This document shows, in pieces, positions 10,977-23,574 of a stretch of 64,000 nt of DNA (positions within the stretch are counted from its first letter, which is position 1; each line of letters begins with the position of its first letter). The notes below the pieces were generated by a model, which worked only from the letters and a program-made list of their open reading frames with translations, had not been told where the DNA came from and ran no database searches. The position numbers were made by a program, and so were the translations under genes. The stretch is from the human T2T-CHM13v2.0 reference genome, Homo sapiens, in NCBI RefSeq assembly GCF_009914755.1, contig NC_060932.1; one strand, 5' to 3'.

Positions 10977-12914
10977 TGCCCCCTGGGGCCTCTGTCCAGC
11001 GGGGAAGACAGAACCTCAATCCCTGCAGACACAAAGCTCAGGATGCCCTGGGTGGGTGGGCGCAGGGCACCAGGCTCAGCCCCAAACTCACGGAGGGCTT
11101 CCTGGAAGAGGGGAGAGATGGGGCTGAGCCCCGGCGCAGGCTGCCACTGATCCTCGTTCCACCTTGTGTGTCCGCTTCCATCAGCCTCTTCCCCCATCCC
11201 ATTCTGAACCTTCCCCTGCCATGCCTGGGCCTTTGCCATTCCTTCCGCTGCAGGGTCCTTCCACTCTGTCCCCACTTTGAGACCCTAGCCCACCTCCTGG
11301 CACCACCCCCAGGAAGCTTCCCGAGGCTGGGACCTGAGAGAGGCCTCTCCCTCTGTCTCCCGCACGCTGCTCTCTTATGCCCAGCTGTGTGGCTGTGATT
11401 TCTGCTTTCCTCCCTCTGGGGCTGGAAGCTCCTTGGGCATTTCATTCCACCCATGGTCCCCAGTCCGTCCCTGTGCACGGCACACTTAAGCTTCTGGGAA
11501 CTGTTGGACAGACTCCAAGGAGTGGGACCCCTTTCTGTGATTGCAGGATCAGAGGGCACCCTAGAGCCCCAGTGTGGCACTGCCAGCCCCGAGCACAACT
11601 CTCCGCCTCCGTCTCCACACCTGTGAGATGCAGGCTGTGCCCTCTGACCTGGGGCCTCAGGGTGGGACAAGGTGGTCAGGTGGGAGGGGCTCAGTGTGGC
11701 CCATCTCTGCCCTCATCTCTTCATCTCCTACAGGGGGAGAAGCTGGCTGTCGGCTCCCCAATCTGCCAGTCTGGGGGTCTTAGATCAAATGCCACTTGGA
11801 GATCAGAGAGGCCTGCGGTTTTGAAGACTCCCAGGAATGTAAAGATCACCAACCTCCACACTCCCTCAAGAAAGGATGGGGCTTCTTTCAGGGGACAAAA
11901 GACAGTGACACTTTGAAGAAGTCTTCTTCCCCGCCCTGCAGAGAGCAGCTGTGTAGGGTCTGAAAGAATTTCCTCCCCTCTAAAGAGATGCTGGTGTGTT
12001 TCTTCCTCTCCTTGAATGGAGGAAAGAAATGACGCTGAGTAGAGAGTAATTACTCCCAATTGAGGCGGAAATCAGTCATGAAAGGGAGAGAAATGAAGAG
12101 GATCAGCCAGGAAATGCCCCCTCCCTGACTCGGCCCTTCTTCCACCTGCTCGTCCGCCTGCCTCCCTACCCAGGCCCTGAGGGATGCGGTCCTTCCCAGG
12201 AGCAGGCCTTGCTCCGGGGGGCTAGACCCCCACTCCCGACCCAGCAGGCTCCCCCAACCCCAAGAGCTCTCGGCATTCCCAGCCCCACTCACTGGTGGCT
12301 CCCGCTGCTTCCAGGGCCAAGTGGAAACAGCAGTGCCCTGGCTTCACAAAGCTGTGGAAAAGAAACCTGAACGTGTTGGAGCCAGCTCATTCTTTTTCTT
12401 TCCCCTTTTTGAAATCATGCTCATTTTACCTGTCCAGTGGGGAAAGATGAGCTGATACTCGCCAGCAAAGGAAATGCAGGTGGAAATTCCCCACGTGGCA
12501 CCGCGCAGAGCAGAGACGGCTATCACCCGTGGTGTGGCCTCTTCCCTCTGGTCCTTTGCCTTCCACATAAGGGCTGCCAGCATCAGTGCTGTGCTTCCCG
12601 TTTATACAGTGACAAGCGCCCGCTGTGTCCCCTGCCTCCCACAGCCAGGCTGCTGCTCTCTTTCCATTTGTGGAGACACAACGGCTCCAAGCCAGGGGTT
12701 GTCGGTGTTGAAGCTCAGTCACCTGTCCTGCTCCAAGCCAGGCCAGTTTGAGAGCTTCCGGAAGCAGTTTTGTAGAAAACCGCTTGAGAAAATTGTCAAG
12801 GTGAAATCATGAGCGGGGCCCAGGGACATCTGCAGACCCCAGAGTCCACCCAGGAAAGGCTCCCAGAAAGCCTACCAAGAGGAAAACCGGGGCACTTTGA
12901 AGAAAAAGGCTTTA

Positions 12915-13658
12915 ACATTTCTAACAACCAGTTTTATTGAGATACAGTTCACATACCACACAATTCACAGCTTTAAAGTGTACAACCGATGGGTTGGCAG
13001 CATATTCGCAGGGCCGTGCCACCAGCACCACAGTCCATTTTGGCACATTCTCGTACTTTCAAAGAGAAACGCTGTGTTCTTAGCCCCTGCCCCTTCCATA
13101 CCCCCTGGCAGCCCCTGGCGACCCCTGTTTTACTTTCTGTCCTTGGATTTGCCTGTTCTGGGCATTTTCATATGAGTGGAATCAGGCCATGTGTGGCTTT
13201 CTTGTCTGGTTCCTTTCCGTTTCCTAGGGCTCTGAAGGCTCGCCCACACTGTGGCCTGTGACCGTGCAGCGCTCCGCCTCACCACGGCACATTGTTCTGT
13301 TGTGTGGATGGACTGCATTTTGTCTTTTCATCAGTTGATGAGCATGTGGGCTGTTTGAACTTTTTGGCTGTTAGGAATACAGCTGCTGTGAACATCTGTG
13401 TACAAGGTTTTGTGTGACATAGGCTTTGCTTTCTCTTGGGGATAGGCCTGGGAGTGGAATTGCTGGGTCACATGGCAGTGCCATCCTTAACTGTTTGAGG
13501 ATGTACCCAGCAGCCTTCCAAAGTGACGGCACCATGTCACATTTCGGCTGGCAGTGTCGGAGGGGTTCGATTTCTCCAGCTCCTCATCAACACTTAGTCA
13601 TTGTCTATCTTTTTGGTTCCAGCCATGTTAGTGGGTGTGAAATGGTATCTCACTGTGG
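12915..13658 (-). mobile_element. Old L1 (L1MB-like) 3' end
   Basis: ttttattgagatacagttcacatacc...tttaaagtgtacaa...gtggaattgctgggtcacatgg...gtgggtgtgaaatggtatctcactgtgg. Confidence 0.88.
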
Positions 13659-14129
13659 AAAATGTGTTCAACATTTTCTATACCAAACTTTTACAAACGT
13701 TTTGGACCCCACATCCCTCTCTCCCTAAACACCTGTGCAGTCTCCACGAAACCAGGATGCAGGGCACCCCTCAGGACACGCTGGCCTTGCACAGGGTTGC
13801 TGAGGGTGAATGGTGGCATCATGACTGCCCAGGGTCTCCATGGGGTGGTGCTTAGTGTGTGTCTAATAAATGCACAGATGCATGAACGGCTGAGGGGCTC
13901 AATGGATGGCTTGGAAAGAGAGGACGTGGGGCCTCATGAGGTTGGAAAGAGGATGGGTAAGCATACTGACCATTGGCTGGGCCTTGCGCCTTGTGGAGGT
14001 GCAGAGCCTGAAGCCAGGGTCAAACGGTGGTGGCTCGGACCTGGCATCCCCATCCCCTGGCTGTGGGGCCCTAGTCACTCTGCACTCCATGACTTGTTTC
14101 CCCCTTCTGTAAAATGGAGGCTTCAGAGG

Positions 14130-14420
14130 GTTGTTCTGTTTGGTTGGATTCCCTTAGAAGCAGATTCTGAAGCCAGGAATCTAGTGTGCGTGGCTTATTT
14201 TGGGGTGTGTGAGATGTCTCAGGAAGCAGCTGTTCGGGAGGAGGGGTCTGTTATCAAGGCAGTTACCATGGTGGCACCTGAAGCTCAGCTGGGCTGGGAT
14301 CTGGGATGTGGGTCCCACAGCTCAGATGTGCGCTACCCCAAGGGTGGGGACGTGGATGTTTCAGTCACCACTTCCTGACCGTCCCTGGCTGAGGGCCACT
14401 GCCTAGGCCACACTCGTGGC
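14130..14420. mobile_element. Old ERVL-type LTR fragment (LTR33-like)
   Basis: ggattcccttagaagcagattctgaagccaggaatctagtgtgcgtggcttattttggg...gttatcaaggcagttaccatgg resembles the recalled consensus. Confidence 0.45.
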
Positions 14421-14572
14421 CTGTTCCTAAGGCTGAGGGTCTTGGGTCCTTGCAGAAGGTCACTGCCAGCATTGTCACCAGAATTGAATGGGTCAAAATG
14501 CAACAAATCCCTGCCACACTGCCTGGACGTACAAGCTATGCCAATGCGACTTTGTCATCTGCCGTTCGTATC

Positions 14573-14800
14573 ATGGTTGAGCATCTCTGATCTGAAATTC
14601 TTGGGACCAGAAGTGTCTTGTATTTCTTTGGATTTTGAAATATTTGTATTATACTTACTGGCTGAACATCCCAAATCTGGAAATCTGAAGTCCAAAATGC
14701 TCCACTGAGCATTCCTTTGAATGTCACGTTGGTGTTCAAAAAGTTTTGGACTTAGGAACATTTTGAATTTGGGATTTTTGGATTTGGGATGCTCCACCTA
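14573..14800. mobile_element. Tigger4a/MER46-like DNA transposon MITE
   Basis: Terminal inverted repeats ggttgagcatc...gatgctccacc followed by TA; internal aaatctgaagtccaaaatgctcca. Confidence 0.8.
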
Positions 14801-14984
14801 TATTAGGATTACTTGTCCACATGCCAAGAGCTGGGCTCCAGGTTATCTGCGTTTTCAGAGGATTGGCCCTCTGCCCTGGGGAGCGCTTGGTGGATGATCG
14901 GTACTAAGGCAGGAGCAGCGCTGCATGTGGCCACATGCATTCAGTTTCTCCAACACCTCCCAACTTTGGCAATGTGGCAGTGGA

Positions 14985-15225
14985 AGTGGCTGTTTCTTGC
15001 TCATGCAGACTTCTGTAGGGTGGCAGGGGTGACCGAGTGAGGCTGGGGGGTCTGCTCCACAGAGTCACTCAGGGCTCCAGGGTGATGAAAGACCCACCTT
15101 TGGTATATTGCTGGGCAATGCAGGAAGGGGAGGGGAAACTGCAGCCAGCCACTGGCTCTTCTGGACTTTGGCCTAGAAGGGACATGGTATCTGTTCTCAT
15201 AGCCCATTGGGAGAGTGGAGGAGCA
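14985..15225 (-). mobile_element. Old MLT1 (J-M class) LTR fragment
   Basis: tttcttgctcatgc...ctgctccacagagtcactcaggg...ttctcatagcccattgg. Confidence 0.45.
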
Positions 15226-16778
15226 GACAGAATGTGTGGGAGTACAACTCTCCTGGTCACAGTGTCTGTGGCAAATGACTCTGCTTCTTGAAGCCTGTTT
15301 CCTTAGCTGTACAATCGGGAAAATCGTCTTCTGTTGAGGTCGTGTGAGAATCGAATGTGATTGCCAGTGAAGGAGCCTGGTGGAGGCACTGCATCTGTTG
15401 GTGCTTGATAAACGCGTAGTGCCCACCACTGTGGTTTTCTTTAGGTGCAGGGAGGATCCCCATGCCCTGGAGCCCTGCTTTGCCTCTGCATGGTGGGTGG
15501 GGTTTGGGTCTGGGAAGGGCAGTCAGGAGGTCTGACTGCCTGTGTCCTGGGAGGGGCCCGAGGCTCATTGCATCTTTCCAGAAAGTGACATTTGGAAGGA
15601 GGCGGGCCTGGGGCTTACTTAACATTTGAGTGCAATTGGTGAGTGCTCCCTGGGGCCAGCCAGATGCCTTTGCAGTGACATTAGCCGGCGGTGGAAGCTG
15701 GCAGAGAACACGCAGGCAGGATTTAGGGGCTCCAGGGGCATGCTTAATGGTGGAAGCTTCAGCCTCCGTGCCCCAGAGAGGGAGGGAGGAAGGACGAGGA
15801 AAATAGCCTCAGAATTATCCTCGCCCCTGTCTGCGGTCCTGAACTGGTTCTCCGCGGGCCGTGTTCTGGGTCAGAATTGAACGCCCACTCTCCCTCTGCC
15901 AGCTGTCACCCCATCCACCCTAGGTCCGGCCAGCAGCACGCTCCTCCCCCTCCTCCCCACCCAGGTCTGCCCTTCGTGGGGTGGCAGGGGCGGTCTGAGC
16001 TGAGTCCCCACAGGGCTTCAGGGAGGGCCGGGGTGGGGATGCAGACCCAGGAGCTGGTTCAGGCTCAGTTTACCTGCCTGTGCTTCTGCTTCCTGAGCAG
16101 CACGTCACCCGCCCCCAGACTCCCAGGGCCCCAGGCTGGCAAAGTGGCCTTCCAGAGTGCCTGGGGCTCCTGTGGTTCTGTGCCCGCCAGCACTGTCCTC
16201 ACAGGCACAAGCACCTCATGGATGCTGGTGGGTCAGGTGGGCTGGCGTCTCACAGGACCCCTTCCGCCACTGCCCTCGAGGGTCCTCAGAGGTGGCCCCT
16301 CAGGGATGCTCTCAGCAGCCCTTACCCTCCAGCATGAGGCTTCCTCAGAGCTGCAGGGCAGAGATCTAGAAACGGGACTATGGGCCCAGGTCTGTGGCTG
16401 GTAGCCAGACTCTGAGTGGAGTAGGTTTGGATCCTGGGCTCCAGCAGGAAGAGTCCTGCGGGGCCACCCAGCCCTGCTCAGGGAAGGGGTGCCAAGGTGA
16501 TGGGGCCCAGGCCCACTGCCTTCACTTCCTTCCCGGCTGGCTGCACCTGCGGTTGGGGGCATGAGGGGGGCAGGAGCCCTGCCACTTCTGCTGCGCTTCC
16601 TTCTTATGGCATGTGGCCCCCGAGGGAGCAGGACCGACTGTACCTCCGTTTCCTCCCTGGACTGGGCCCCTGGGGACTTGGGGATGAGTCCTGCCTTCCT
16701 GGCTTGTCCCCTGGCCTACTGCTTGGCTGGGTGTGCCTCAACCTGGAAAGCCCCCACCTCTATGTCCTAGGCTGTTCG

Positions 16779-17071
16779 CCACTGGCCACGGTGGCCTTGG
16801 CTGCGGTGTGTGGCTCAGAACCACTGGCCACGGTGGCCTTGGCTGTGGTGTGTGGCTCAGAACCACTGGCCACGGTGGCCTTGGCTGCGGTGTGTGGCTC
16901 CGAACCACTTGCCACAGTGGCCTTGGCTGTGGTGTGTGGCTGAGAACCACTGGCCACGGTGGACTTGGCTGCGGTGTGTGGCTCCGAACCACTTGCCACA
17001 GTGGCCTTGGCTGTGGTGTGTGGCTCAGAACCACTGGCCAGGGCCTTGGCTGCGGTGTGTGGCTCAGAACC
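16779..17071. repeat. 42-bp minisatellite, 7 copies
   Basis: Unit ccactggccacggtggccttggctgYggtgtgtggctcagaa; the last copy is 3 nt shorter. Confidence 0.95.
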
Positions 17072-17774
17072 AGGGTCTCCAGGACAGAAGGTAGAGCCTG
17101 GGGTCGCTGGGCGGCGGGCCTCTTGTCTCCGCAGGCAGCTCAGCCCAGCCCAGCAGTCAGGGTCCCAGCACCCGTGTACCCCGCAGCTGCCACTGAGGAG
17201 CAATGGGTGTCTTCCTGAGCCAGCCCACCCGCTTGAGGCTCCACCCCTCTGCTCGGCCCAGGAGGCCTCATAGTGGAGGGCACTGTTCCTCCTGTCACTC
17301 AGTGGACTGGCCCAGCCCAGCTGTCCCCAAGGAGTCCTCAGGCCTCACGGGCAGCCCAGGCCTGTCCTCTGCAGCCCCATGACATGGGTCATCCTGCCCC
17401 AGGCACCCAGCCTTCTTCTGATGCTTTCCCTTACCACCTGCTGACACAGGCGTACCCTGTGAGTCCCCGGCAGGCGTCACTGCCCCCAGGGCTCCACGTC
17501 GTCTCTCCTGCATGTGCTCAGTGCTGGGTGGGCCACTCCCAGCTGGAACCCATGTCCTGAGCCACCCTTCACAGTCAGGCCCGTCAGCTCCCCACGGGCC
17601 CAGAGCTGGGCCTGTATCTGCCAAGCACGGTGATCCAGTGGGTCGGGGTGGACATCAGAAGACAAACCAGGTGAGCAGGGAGGAGGATGGCCACCGTCAG
17701 GCAGATTCCAGGCTAAGGACTCCTCAGCAAGGCTAGTGCCGCAAAAGCACATGCAGCAGAGGGAGCAGGGGCCA

Positions 17775-20438
17775 GGGGTGCTTCCGCCTGGTGGGCAGGG
17801 GTCTGTCTGGGAGCCGGGGCGCTTCTGCCTGGTGGGCTGGGGTCTCTCTGGGGGCCGGGGCGCTTCTGCCTGGTGGGCTGGGGTCTGTCTGGGAGCCGGG
17901 GCTCTTCTGCCTGGTGGGCTGGGGTCTGTCTGGGAGCCGGGGCGCTTCTGCCTGGTGGGCTGGGGTCTGTCTGGGAGCCGGGGCGCTTCTGCCTGGTGGG
18001 CAGGGGTCTCTCTGGGAGCCGGGGCGCTTCTGCCTGGTGGGCTGGGGTCTGTCTGGGAGCCGGGGCGCTTCTGCCTGGTGGGCTGGGGTCTGTCTGGGGG
18101 CCGGGGCGCTTCTGCCTGGTGGGCAGGGGTCTGTCTGGGGGCCGGGGCGCTTCTGCCTGGTGGGCTGGGGTCTGTCTGGGAGCCGGGGCGCTTCTGCCTG
18201 GTGGGCTGGGGTCTGTCTGGGAGCCGGGGCGCTTCTGCCTGGTGGGCTGGGGTCTGTCTGGGGGCCGGGGCGCTTCTGCCTGGTGGGCTGGGGTCTGTCT
18301 GGGAGCCGGGGCGCTTCTGCCTGGTGGGCTGGGGTCTGTCTGGGAGCCGGGGCGCTTCTGCCTGGTGGGCTGGGGTCTGTCTGGGAGCCGGGGCGCTTCT
18401 GCCTGGTGGGCAGGGGTCTGTCTGGGGGCCGGGGCGCTTCCGCCTGGTGGGCTGGGGTCTGTCTGGGGGCCGGGGCGCTTCCGCCTGGTGGGCTGGGGTC
18501 TCTCTGGGGGCCGGGGCGCTTCCGCCTGGTGGGCTGGGGTCTCTCTGGGAGCCGGGGCTCTTCTGCCTGGTGGGCTGGGGACTCTCTGGGAGCCGGGGTG
18601 CTTCCGCCTGGTGGGCAGGGGTCTGTCTGGGAGCCGGGGCGCTTCTGCCTGGTGGGCTGGGGTCTCTCTGGGGGCCGGGGCGCTTCTGCCTGGTGGGCTG
18701 GGGTCTGTCTGGGGGCCGGGGCGCTTCTGCCTGGTGGGCAGGGGTCTGTCTGGGGGCCGGGGCGCTTCTGCCTGGTGGGCAGGGGTCTGTCTGGGAGCCG
18801 GGGCGCTTCCGCCTGGTGGGCTGGGGTCTGTCTGGGGGCCGGGGCGCTTCCGCCTGGTGGGCTGGGGTCTGTCTGGGGGCCGGGGCGCTTCCGCCTGGTG
18901 GGCTGGGGTCTGTCTGGGAGCCGGGGCGCTTCCGCCTGGTGGGCAGGGGTCTCTCTGGGGGCCGGGGCGCTTCCGCCTGGTGGGCTGGGGTCTCTCTGGG
19001 AGCCGGGGCTCTTCCGCCTGGTGGGCAGGGGTCTCTCTGGGAGCCGGGGCGCTTCCGCCTGGTGGGCAGGGGTCTGTCTGGGGGCCGGGGCGCTTCCGCC
19101 TGGTGGGCAGGGGTCTCTCTGGGGGCCGGGGCGCTTCCGCCTGGTGGGCAGGGGTCTCTCTGGGGGCCGGGGCGCTTCCGCCTGGTGGGCTGGGGTCTCT
19201 CTGGGGGCCGGGGCGCTTCCGCCTGGTGGGCTGGGGTCTCTCTGGGGGCCGGGGCGCTTCCGCCTGGTGGGCTGGGGTCTGTCTGGGGGCCGGGGCGCTT
19301 CCGCCTGGTGGGCTGGGGTCTGTCTGGGGGCCGGGGCGCTTCCGCCTGGTGGGCTGGGGTCTCTCTGGGGGCCGGGGCGCTTCCGCCTGGTGGGCTGGGG
19401 TCTGTCTGGGGGCCGGGGCGCTTCCGCCTGGTGGGCTGGGGTCTCTCTGGGGGCCGGGGCGCTTCCGCCTGGTGGGCTGGGGTCTGTCTGGGGGCCGGGG
19501 CGCTTCCGCCTGGTGGGCTGGGGTCTGTCTGGGGGCCGGGGCGCTTCCGCCTGGTGGGCTGGGGTCTCTCTGGGGGCCGGGGCGCTTCCGCCTGGTGGGC
19601 TGGGGTCTCTCTGGGGGCCGGGGCGCTTCCGCCTGGTGGGCTGGGGTCTGTCTGGGGGCCGGGGCGCTTCCGCCTGGTGGGCTGGGGTCTGTCTGGGGGC
19701 CGGGGCGCTTCCGCCTGGTGGGCTGGGGTCTCTCTGGGGGCCGGGGCGCTTCCGCCTGGTGGGCTGGGGTCTGTCTGGGGGCCGGGGCGCTTCCGCCTGG
19801 TGGGCTGGGGTCTGTCTGGGGGCCGGGGCGCTTCCGCCTGGTGGGCTGGGGTCTGTCTGGGGGCCGGGGCGCTTCCGCCTGGTGGGCTGGGGTCTGTCTG
19901 GGGGCCGGGGCGCTTCCGCCTGGTGGGCAGGGGTCTGTCTGGGGGCCGGGGCGCTTCCGCCTGGTGGGCAGGGGTCTGTCTGGGGGCCGGGGCGCTTCCG
20001 CCTGGTGGGCTGGGGTCTGTCTGGGGGCCGGGGCGCTTCCGCCTGGTGGGCTGGGGTCTCTCTGGGGGCCGGGGCGCTTCCGCCTGGTGGGCTGGGGTCT
20101 GTCTGGGGGCCGGGGCGCTTCCGCCTGGTGGGCTGGGGTCTGTCTGGGGGCCGGGGCGCTTCCGCCTGGTGGGCTGGGGTCTCTCTGGGGGCCGGGGCGC
20201 TTCCGCCTGGTGGGCTGGGGTCTCTCTGGGAGCCGGGGCGCTTCCGCCTGGTGGGCTGGGGTCTGTCTGGGGGCCGGGGCGCTTCCGCCTGGTGGGCTGG
20301 GGTCTCTCTGGGGGCCGGGGCGCTTCTGCCTGGTGGGCTGGGGTCTGTCTGGGGGCCGGGGCGCTTCCGCCTGGTGGGCTGGGGTCTGTCTGGGGGCCGG
20401 GGCGCTTCTGCCTGGTGGGCTGGGGTCTCTCTGGGGGC
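17775..20438. repeat. 41-bp G-rich VNTR, ~65 copies (2.66 kb)
   Basis: Unit ggggcgcttcYgcctggtgggcWggggtctStctgggRgcc; 2664/41 = 65. Confidence 0.98.
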
Positions 20439-22479
20439 TGGGCCGGCGCCCCTCTAGAAGACCTTAGTTCCCTGGCCATCCTGAGCAGGGGCTGCCTGCA
20501 GAGTTGCTCCTTTATGTGCTGGGCACACCCAGGCCTAGCACGGAGGCACAGTCGGTCCCGCTCCCTCAGTGTCTACATGCCACATGAAGGGAGTGCAGCA
20601 GGGGTGGCAGAGCCCCCGACCCCCTCATGCCCCCAACTGCAGGTGGAGCCATGCCTGCCCCCCACCCCCCGACCTCCATGCTCGGCCCCATCCCCTTCCG
20701 CCCTACCCTGGCCCATGTCCCTCCTGCAGGCACCAGTTTCCCTGCAGTCTGGCCCTGCCATGCCCACCTCAGCTGTCCTGAGCTGGGATGCCAGGAGACG
20801 CAGCGCCAGCCCCATCCCTTCCAGACCCGGCCAGCTCCACCTCCTGCTCATGAGGCCCCAAGTCTGGCTCCTTCCCCCTCCCTCTCTGAGCAGTTTCTCT
20901 GCCTCTCTTTGCCTCATTCTGGTCCCTGGGCCTCCCTCCAGTGTCCTTGAGAGTCTCAGCCCAGCTCTTGGCTGTGCGAGATGCCTGCTACTCTCCTGTG
21001 GGAACAGCAACTGAGACGCCCTTCCCGATTTCTGAAAAAGCACCAAACCTAAGTGGTTGCCAGGTTGGATCTTCCACTACTCATTCACTTAACCTCTTCC
21101 CATTTTGACAGGAGACACAGAATTGCTTCTTGCATTTTCCTTGCTCGAGGGCGACCCTGCACACAATTACTCAGAACAGGTGGAGGGCCAGTAGCAGAAA
21201 GCACCTTTCACAGTCCCCAGGAGCCCCCTCCCCTCCTGCTGTGCCTTGCTTCTCCAGGCACCCCTCAATTCCCCTACTGTACCCCCGAACCTGCCAGTTC
21301 CTTAGGGGCAGAAGGGACACTGGTGCCTTGACCCGTGTGGCATGGTGGCTCTACTGTCCATAGGGAGGGCGTGTGGCCCTGGCTGGGCTATCTGAAGCTC
21401 ACCGGGACTCAAGGAGACTCAGTCATTCAGTCACTCAACAAACACTGCCTGAGCACTTACCAAGGGTCCCTCAGCCCTCCCATCTCTTGCTCTGGGCAGC
21501 TTGGAAGGGCAGCTGGCCTCAGCTTCCTGTCCCAAACGCTTGCTCATAACTCTGGCCTGATGCTAGCGGTGCTAAGTGTGAACAGTGGAACTTCCTGCTG
21601 CCCAGTGCCGTCTTGATCTGTGTAGGCTGATTTTAGTCTAATAGTGAATGGTGTGTGTGCATGAGTTTGTGTGAGTGTGCACCCACCTGTGAGCAATTGT
21701 GAATGCTCAGTGAATGCTGACATACACACAGTGCACATATCTTTCCATATGCTCCAGATATTCACTCTAGGGCTAAGCTGCCCACACAGGCGCTGCAAAG
21801 CAGGGTAGATGCCGACTCAGCAACAGCCGCCCAGCTGGGAGCATCCCCCAGGCATCAAGGGGACTCGGCTTAACCTTCCAGAGCTCTCTTCATCATACTC
21901 TTCCTCACTGTCTTCACCATCACTGTACAAAAAGCTTTCGTATCTCTCATCTCATTTTATAGAGTCCTCATAGCAGCCAGGGGTCCAGCAGCGGAGGGTA
22001 GCACATGCATTTTGCAGATGTGGACAGTGGCACTGGACAGCGGAGACGGCCCTGCCCACAGGCCGAGGGTGGACCTGGGTAGGTTAGGCTGTCAGGCCGA
22101 ACACGCAGGGGACAGGCACTGGTTGGCCCTTCAGGTACCGTTACCTCTTCACAGATGGGCACTGAGAACTGACAGATAGATCAGGAAGGGCTTCCTGGAG
22201 GAGGTGTCCTGAGGAAGTGGCTTAGAGCTAGCCAGCTTAGAGCCAAGGCTTCTCTGTGCATTGAGCAAACCCCTGAGTTCTCAGCCTGGGCTTGTCCTGT
22301 GTAGCATGGGGCAGGCTGCCTCGGGCTTTGCCAAGGTCCTTTTTGCTCTGAGGCTTTGGGACTTTGGCTCCAGGTCCAGGCTCTTCCCCGATCTATCAGC
22401 ACTGAGGTCTTTGGCATGTGAGATGGAGCGGGCCAGTGAGGGACTGGATTCTAGCAGTGGCAGCGGGGCCGTCGCACCA

Positions 22480-22710
22480 TATGAGGCACACACACGGCCA
22501 AGCCATCCCCACTGCTCCTGTCAGATGTGCAGGTGAGGCCAGCAAACTGCAAAGGCTCGTGTGAGCCCAGACAGCATCCTGTGGAGCAGAGGACCCATCC
22601 CAGCTGAGCCCTGTTCAAACGACCAACTCAGGATTGTGAACACAGAATGTCACTGCTTGAAGCTGCTTAGTTTTTGGCGTGATGGTTATACCACGACAGG
22701 AACTGACACA
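22480..22710 (+). mobile_element. MLT1 (G/H-like) LTR 3' part
   Basis: ccatcccagctgagccctgttcaaac...tgcttgaagctgcttagtttttggcgtgatggttatacc...aactgacaca. Confidence 0.55.
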
Positions 22711-22764
22711 CTCGATTCATCACCACCACTGCTTGGCTCATCCTTATGAGAGGGACATCAGACT

Positions 22765-22940
22765 CCCTATGGGGAGGTGGTTAAGAGAACAAACTTTGGA
22801 GACAGAGAAACCTGGATGCAAAACCCTGCATCTCTTAATGTCCCTGAGGCTGATTCCTCATCTGAAAAATAAGGATTAAAAATATTAGACTCCAAACTCA
22901 TTGGTTGTTGTAATGGTTAAACACACATAAGTAATTTAGA
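22765..22940 (+). mobile_element. MIR
   Basis: gtggttaagagaacaaactttggagacagagaaacctgg...ttcctcatctgaaaaataagg. Confidence 0.65.
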
Positions 22941-23218
22941 CACTCCTGACCTGGCTGTGGTGAGGCTGGGGGGAAGAGTGAGAGAGGGGAGGCTCCTGGA
23001 ATAGAAGCAGGGAGAGGTGAGGGAGCTCAGGCACAGGGACAGGGGGCCTGAGGGCTGCTGGCCAGGAAGGGATTACATCACACAGCTCCTCAGGCCCTGA
23101 GCACCAAGTATTATGCAGGGTCGGGCAGGTCTGCAGAGAGAACCAGGCCACCAACATCTCTACAGAGAAGGCCCAAATCTTAGTCCTGCTGGCTAAGATT
23201 ACTTTTATTTTGCCTTTA

Positions 23219-23223
<5 letters not shown>

Positions 23224-23269
<46 letters not shown>

Positions 23270-23272
23270 GAC
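23224..23272. repeat. (GA)n microsatellite
   Basis: Perfect GA run of about 33 nt with an imperfect tail. Confidence 0.95.
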
Positions 23273-23574
23273 AGCGCCTGCACGCAAGAAGAGAAGCAGG
23301 CAGAGGACGTAATGGAGGCTGAACACTGCACTTGGAGGAGGGGTGGTGGCTTTCACTGCCTGGTCTCCAGTGTGGTCAGGTCTCACTGGACTTGGAACTG
23401 TGCACCTGCCTGCTCAGAAGGCACGAGGCAGAGGAGTGGCCACCTTCAGACCTCCAGGTTCCAGGGAAGGGAGGCAGAGAGGGAAGGTAGAGCTTTGTTG
23501 AGAGAAATGGAGGAGGAAAATGGAACCACAGAGGGGCCAGGTGGGGAGAGAAACTCCTGTCTGGGCAGAAGCTG

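Noticed and set aside
16779-17071. CRISPR-like array (also considered for the 27-bp and 41-bp repeats)
   Set aside because: Head-to-tail repeats without unique spacers, no cas genes, and the DNA is primate.
17477-21014. ~900-1100-aa ORFs as real genes
   Set aside because: Products of a stop-free 41-bp unit that gives the same cyclic peptide in all frames; not called as CDS.
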